NCBI GenBank assembly: GCA_951813565.1
Contig: OX638351.1
Span: forward strand, 1,312,001 to 1,376,000
Origin: an uncultured Poribacteria bacterium
GTDB lineage: Bacteria > Poribacteria > WGA-4E > WGA-3G
Direction: 5' to 3'
Length of the DNA stretch: 64,000 bases
Shown: one piece after another, positions 60,047 to 64,000 of the stretch
How positions within the stretch are numbered: the first letter of the stretch is position 1
How the letters are laid out: every line of letters starts with the position of its first letter
Notes under the pieces: model-generated
Database searches by the model: none
Told to the model about the DNA's origin: nothing
The model's input: only the letters and a program-made list of their open reading frames with translations
Position numbers and translations under genes: made by a program

Positions 60047-60642
60047 TGTGAAATCCCATCGATTATTCAGAGAGGGTTCGGATAAGCCTTTCCGCATAGC
60101 CGTTCTCCCAAGGGACACCCTCTGTGTGCCAACGAAATCTCAATTCCATAGCGGGTGAGTGTTGAAATATAGTCGGTTGATAATAGAGATTGCTTCGGTT
60201 GAAACCGAGTGTGTTACAAATCTGTCGCACTGAGTAATTGGTTCTCAAAACCTCTACTATTCCTCGTTTTTCATCTGGAGTCAACCCAGCCATGTTGAGA
60301 CTTTTTTTAGATGTCCAATTCCAGGGTCAACTTGCCAACGAGTTGCTCAAGTTGGGTAATTCGCTGTTGATAGGCATTGGTCTGTTTATCAGCAGGTTCA
60401 AAGAGTGTCGCCGTGTTATCAAGGAAGTGGCGTTTCCACCTTGTGAGTTGTTTTTTGCAGAGGTTATGTTGACGTCAGAGTTCCGCTTGTGAACTCTGAC
60501 CGCTAAGGGCCTCAATAACAACTTCAACCTTAAATTCGGAGTAAACTTTCGTCGTTTTGCCATCGGAAACTCCTTTCAATTATATTGTTATTATACCACA
60601 ATGTTGACTTAGAAAGTGGTCTGAAATTCCGATGGCAGTACA
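60047..60642 (-). mobile_element. Degenerate, internally deleted IS3-family element
   Basis: TG-start end at 60642; orfA MAKRRKFTP(E)FK... with a frameshift and stops; orfB fragments YSVRQIC..LG and PWENGYAERLIRTL; left boundary uncertain. Confidence 0.75.
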
Positions 60643-60756
60643 TGGCGTTGATTTGGCTGAATGCCAAAAGCGCATTCATAGCGTTGATTTAGGTTTCACG
60701 TTGTTCAATCCAACCTACAGGTTGTTTATATCGAAAACCGACAAAGAGACATTTTA

Positions 60757-60845
60757 TACCAAATTACCCTAAATCGTAGGGGCGGGTCTCTGTGCCCGCC
60801 CTTACCATCGGCAATGAAAACAATGCAATTCTCGTTAATTTGGTA
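60757..60845. mobile_element. 89-bp MITE with TTA TSD (second copy)
   Basis: Inverted near-copy of 49339-49427; carries the intact REP GTAGGGGCGGGTCTCTGTGCCCGCCC. Confidence 0.85.
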
Positions 60846-60857
60846 TTACTCAAAATT

Positions 60858-61901
60858 ATGACACCACTACTCACCGTCAATTCAGTAACAAAACAGTTTG
60901 CATCGACACCTATTGTCAAGGATATCAGCTTTGAGGTATATCCGAGGGAAATCTTCGCGCTCTTAGGGGCAAGCGGCTGTGGCAAAACAACAACGTTGCG
61001 TTTGATTGCAGGGTTTGAAAAAGCGAACGCGGGCGTAATTGTTATGGGAGATCGCGTTCTTGAAGACGATGGAATACACATTCCGCCAGAATCACGTGAA
61101 ATAGGGTTTGTTTTTCAAGATTTTGCACTCTTTCCTGACAAAAACGTTCTGGAAAATGTTGCATTCGGACTTAGCCGAAAAATGCGAAAAAAAGAACGGC
61201 ACGCGAATGCTTTGGAGACCCTCGAAAAAGTCGGGATTGCTCATCTACACGCACGGATGCCACATCATCTCTCTGGTGGTGAACAGCAACGAGTCGCTTT
61301 AGCGCGATCACTTGCTACCCAACCGAAGCTGCTGCTGTTAGACGAACCCTTTTCAAGCCTTGATACTGGGCTACGCCAAGCAACAAGAGAAGAGGTGCGC
61401 GGATTGTTAAAAACCTACGGTATCAGTGTGGTATTGGTGACCCACGATCAAGAAGAGGCGTTGAGCTTTGCCGAACGGGTTGCTGTCATGAATAGCGGCA
61501 CAATTGAACAGATTGGCACACCTGAAGATGTATACCGACAACCCAAAACTGTCCATGTTGCGAATTTTTTGGGAAAAACGAACATTATTGAGACGGACAT
61601 CAGAAACGGTTTCGCTGAAACACCTTTCGGTGCATTGGAGATAGATTTCCCAAACGCAACCGATGTTCTTCTCTCAATTCGTCCAGAACATATCACCATA
61701 GAGAAACATGTCTCAGATACCAGTGATGAAAACCCAGGACGCATTGCTGCTCGTGAATTCAAAGGGCATGATTTTACCTATCGCGTTGAGGTAGATGGTA
61801 AATCTTACTTTGTCCAAACTGACTATCAACGGCATTTCCAAGTGGGTGAAGCGGTTACATTGAAACCACTTGAAGCGGTTGTTATTGAAAATGAGGACTA
61901 A
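60858..61901 (+). CDS. ABC transporter ATP-binding protein, Fe3+/polyamine (FbpC/PotA-like) with TOBE domain
   Basis: GASGCGKT, FQDFALF, LSGGEQQR, LLLDEP, VTHDQEEA, IRPE. Confidence 0.9.
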   Translation: MTPLLTVNSVTKQFASTPIVKDISFEVYPREIFALLGASGCGKTTTLRLIAGFEKANAGVIVMGDRVLEDDGIHIPPESREIGFVFQDFALFPDKNVLENVAFGLSRKMRKKERHANALETLEKVGIAHLHARMPHHLSGGEQQRVALARSLATQPKLLLLDEPFSSLDTGLRQATREEVRGLLKTYGISVVLVTHDQEEALSFAERVAVMNSGTIEQIGTPEDVYRQPKTVHVANFLGKTNIIETDIRNGFAETPFGALEIDFPNATDVLLSIRPEHITIEKHVSDTSDENPGRIAAREFKGHDFTYRVEVDGKSYFVQTDYQRHFQVGEAVTLKPLEAVVIENED

Positions 61902-64000
61902 TTCTTTTTTGGTGTTTCTATCAAATATAGCTGCGCAATTATCCCATTAAGACCTTCAATCATTTGCTCAAACGCTTCAGCAAGTCGTGTAGCCTCCTCC
62001 TTTGCTTTTGCGACATCTCCCTGTTCAATCGCATCGCGTATCCCAGGAAAAACAACAGCAGCGTAGCCAGTATTCAAACCCGGTGCATATACAAGGTGCT
62101 TAAACCATGGACGCAAAGGTAACCCTGCTTCATCTGTCAATGTTCGTTCTAATTGATACAATCGCTGATTTATTTTTTCTATTTGTTCTTTGCTACCAGA
62201 CAATAAATATGTTTCAAGCTGTGCATTTAGTTTTGTCGCTGTTTGTTCCCATTCTGTAAGAAGATTGTGTAATCTATCTAATTCTATTGGCACACTGTTT
62301 TTGAACGTCTCCAATTCTAACAGTAGTGCTTTGGCATACACATCGTAATCAAAAGGCAAAATATCTGCATTTGAAAGGCGGAGCGCAATGATACCCCAAA
62401 TTTGTGCCATTGCAACCTGATACTGAAATGTCGGATCACCAAAATGTTCCATCCAATAATAATTGTCCTGCATCGCATGGTAAACACCATAGGGACCGCT
62501 AAATCCCATACTCACAGCAGATATACCGGCATGTCCAACAAATGGGGAATGATCTGAACCACTACCGAGATTACCGACTCTTGGTTCTGTAGCATTGTGC
62601 CGCTTTTTCCAGTTTTCATAAACCGGTTTCAAAGTTCTCGGATCAATTACCTCCTGTGTTGCTTCACGGACTAACTGTCTGAGCGTTGGAATCGCACTTG
62701 CATAAAAATTATTCCCTGTTGCGGCTATATCCACATTCAAGTAGGCTATCGCTTTCTCCTGTAATTCCAATTTTAGTTCCTCAACCCATTCAGTAGAACC
62801 GAGGATACCAAATTCTTCTGCATCCCATGAAGCGAAAATGATTGTCCTTTTCGGACGCATGCCTTGCTTTGCTAACGCACCTAAACATCTCGCCACTTCA
62901 AGCAAGGAGGTCGTCCCACTACTCGGATCCGCCGCGCCGTAAATCCAAGCATCGTGATGGTTACCTAAAATCACCCATTGGTCAGGATACTCCGATCCTT
63001 CTAAAGTTGCAATGACATTGTAAATCGAGCGGATGCTGTGTTCACATCGCACTTTGAGATGCACCTCTGCCGGCCCAGGTCCAATATGATATGCTAACGG
63101 CAAGCCTCCTTGCCAATTTGATGGCACATTTGGTCCAGCAAGTGCTTGTAACAAATGTTTAGCATCCTTATAAGCAATCGGGACAACGGGAATTTTGGGA
63201 AGGTCAGTTGCCTCATCCATTGGAAGTCTATCCGCATCTTCAATCGCTGCCCAACCTGGTGTTAACGGGTCGCTGGCATGCTGGAAAATATATTTTACCG
63301 TGCCACGTTGAATTGCATCGGCAGAACGCCACGGACCGCGCGGGTAAACATCACCCCGCGTATAACCGTCGTCCGCTGGATCAGAGTAAAAAATCAATCC
63401 AACCGCACCGTTATCTCCTGCCAACTTTGCTTTCACGCCACGGTAACTACCACCATATCGAGCAATACAGATTTTCCCTTCTATAGAGATACCACGTTCT
63501 CTCAGCACTCGGTAATCATCGGGCAATCCTCTATTGACATAAACTAACTCTGCCGTCACATCACCGTCAGGTGAGTAGGCATTGTATCCTGGTACAATAT
63601 CTGTCCGAAACGAATCTTTGTCCCATTCCCATCCCGATTCTTTGCTAACCGCTATATGTTTAGTCGGTGAGACGAGTTCAACATGCACTTCAAGCGGATG
63701 TGGAAGATACACCTGATATTCATATATCTTCACCTGCAAGCCGTAGCTTTCGTATTCACTGCGAAGATATTCTGCTACCTTACGACTATTTTCTGTTCCC
63801 GCGAGATGTGGTTCTTCTGTCAATCTCCGTAATTTTGTTCGACACATCTCTGGAGAAACCAGTTCTTTAAATGCTGCTTCTATATTTTGTTGTACCAATC
63901 CGTTTTTAGCAGTAAACCCACGAATGTCCGCGTCTGAATAAGCAAAAAGCGATGGAACCATTAACAAGCATATAAAACAACAGGCAAAATTCCATCGCGA
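61898..64000 (-). CDS. M28B glutamate carboxypeptidase II / NAALADase-like peptidase (5' end beyond the window)
   Basis: PA domain; GNHHDAW, GAADPSSG, WDAEEFG, NVD, GSDH, YH; TfR dimer-like PWFKHLVYAPG; frame open to 64000. Confidence 0.9.
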   Translation of the reverse strand, partial: SRWNFACCFICLLMVPSLFAYSDADIRGFTAKNGLVQQNIEAAFKELVSPEMCRTKLRRLTEEPHLAGTENSRKVAEYLRSEYESYGLQVKIYEYQVYLPHPLEVHVELVSPTKHIAVSKESGWEWDKDSFRTDIVPGYNAYSPDGDVTAELVYVNRGLPDDYRVLRERGISIEGKICIARYGGSYRGVKAKLAGDNGAVGLIFYSDPADDGYTRGDVYPRGPWRSADAIQRGTVKYIFQHASDPLTPGWAAIEDADRLPMDEATDLPKIPVVPIAYKDAKHLLQALAGPNVPSNWQGGLPLAYHIGPGPAEVHLKVRCEHSIRSIYNVIATLEGSEYPDQWVILGNHHDAWIYGAADPSSGTTSLLEVARCLGALAKQGMRPKRTIIFASWDAEEFGILGSTEWVEELKLELQEKAIAYLNVDIAATGNNFYASAIPTLRQLVREATQEVIDPRTLKPVYENWKKRHNATEPRVGNLGSGSDHSPFVGHAGISAVSMGFSGPYGVYHAMQDNYYWMEHFGDPTFQYQVAMAQIWGIIALRLSNADILPFDYDVYAKALLLELETFKNSVPIELDRLHNLLTEWEQTATKLNAQLETYLLSGSKEQIEKINQRLYQLERTLTDEAGLPLRPWFKHLVYAPGLNTGYAAVVFPGIRDAIEQGDVAKAKEEATRLAEAFEQMIEGLNGIIAQLYLIETPKKN

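Noticed and set aside
60764..60857. 5' extension of the ABC ATPase (ORF from 60792)
   Set aside because: The extension reads through the 89-bp MITE; ATG 60858 is the plausible start.

Overview
64-kb bacterial window, densely coded and mostly on the + strand. The gene content (repeated LamG proteins ending in V-[DE]-x-x-x-K-L-[AT]-T-[TI]-W-[GA]-x-[LI]-K, a CRTAC1/FG-GAP protein, many TPR proteins, PhyH, DUF1080, a clan AA aspartyl protease, an Rpn-like nuclease) resembles Candidatus Poribacteria; this is inference, not a database result. Housekeeping and metabolic genes include tatA, trxB, moaC, xylulokinase, leuB, pgi, pilD, an NtrY/NtrX-like pair, an HtrA protease and two M28 peptidases. Mobile DNA includes two inverted ISKra4-like elements sharing an identical 445-bp left end, a frameshifted IS200-type HUH tnpA with its hairpins, decayed DDE and IS3 remnants, and several TIR-MITE families. 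The most unusual signal is intergenic. Many spacers are nested stacks of MITEs and GTAG-type REPs, and into these a family of 33-36-nt hairpin+CGTTGATTTG micro-elements (11 full or partial copies) has inserted, mostly at C^G, without a multi-base target duplication and even inside each other. No rRNA, tRNA, CRISPR array or reverse transcriptase was seen. All assignments come from reading motifs; no searches were run.
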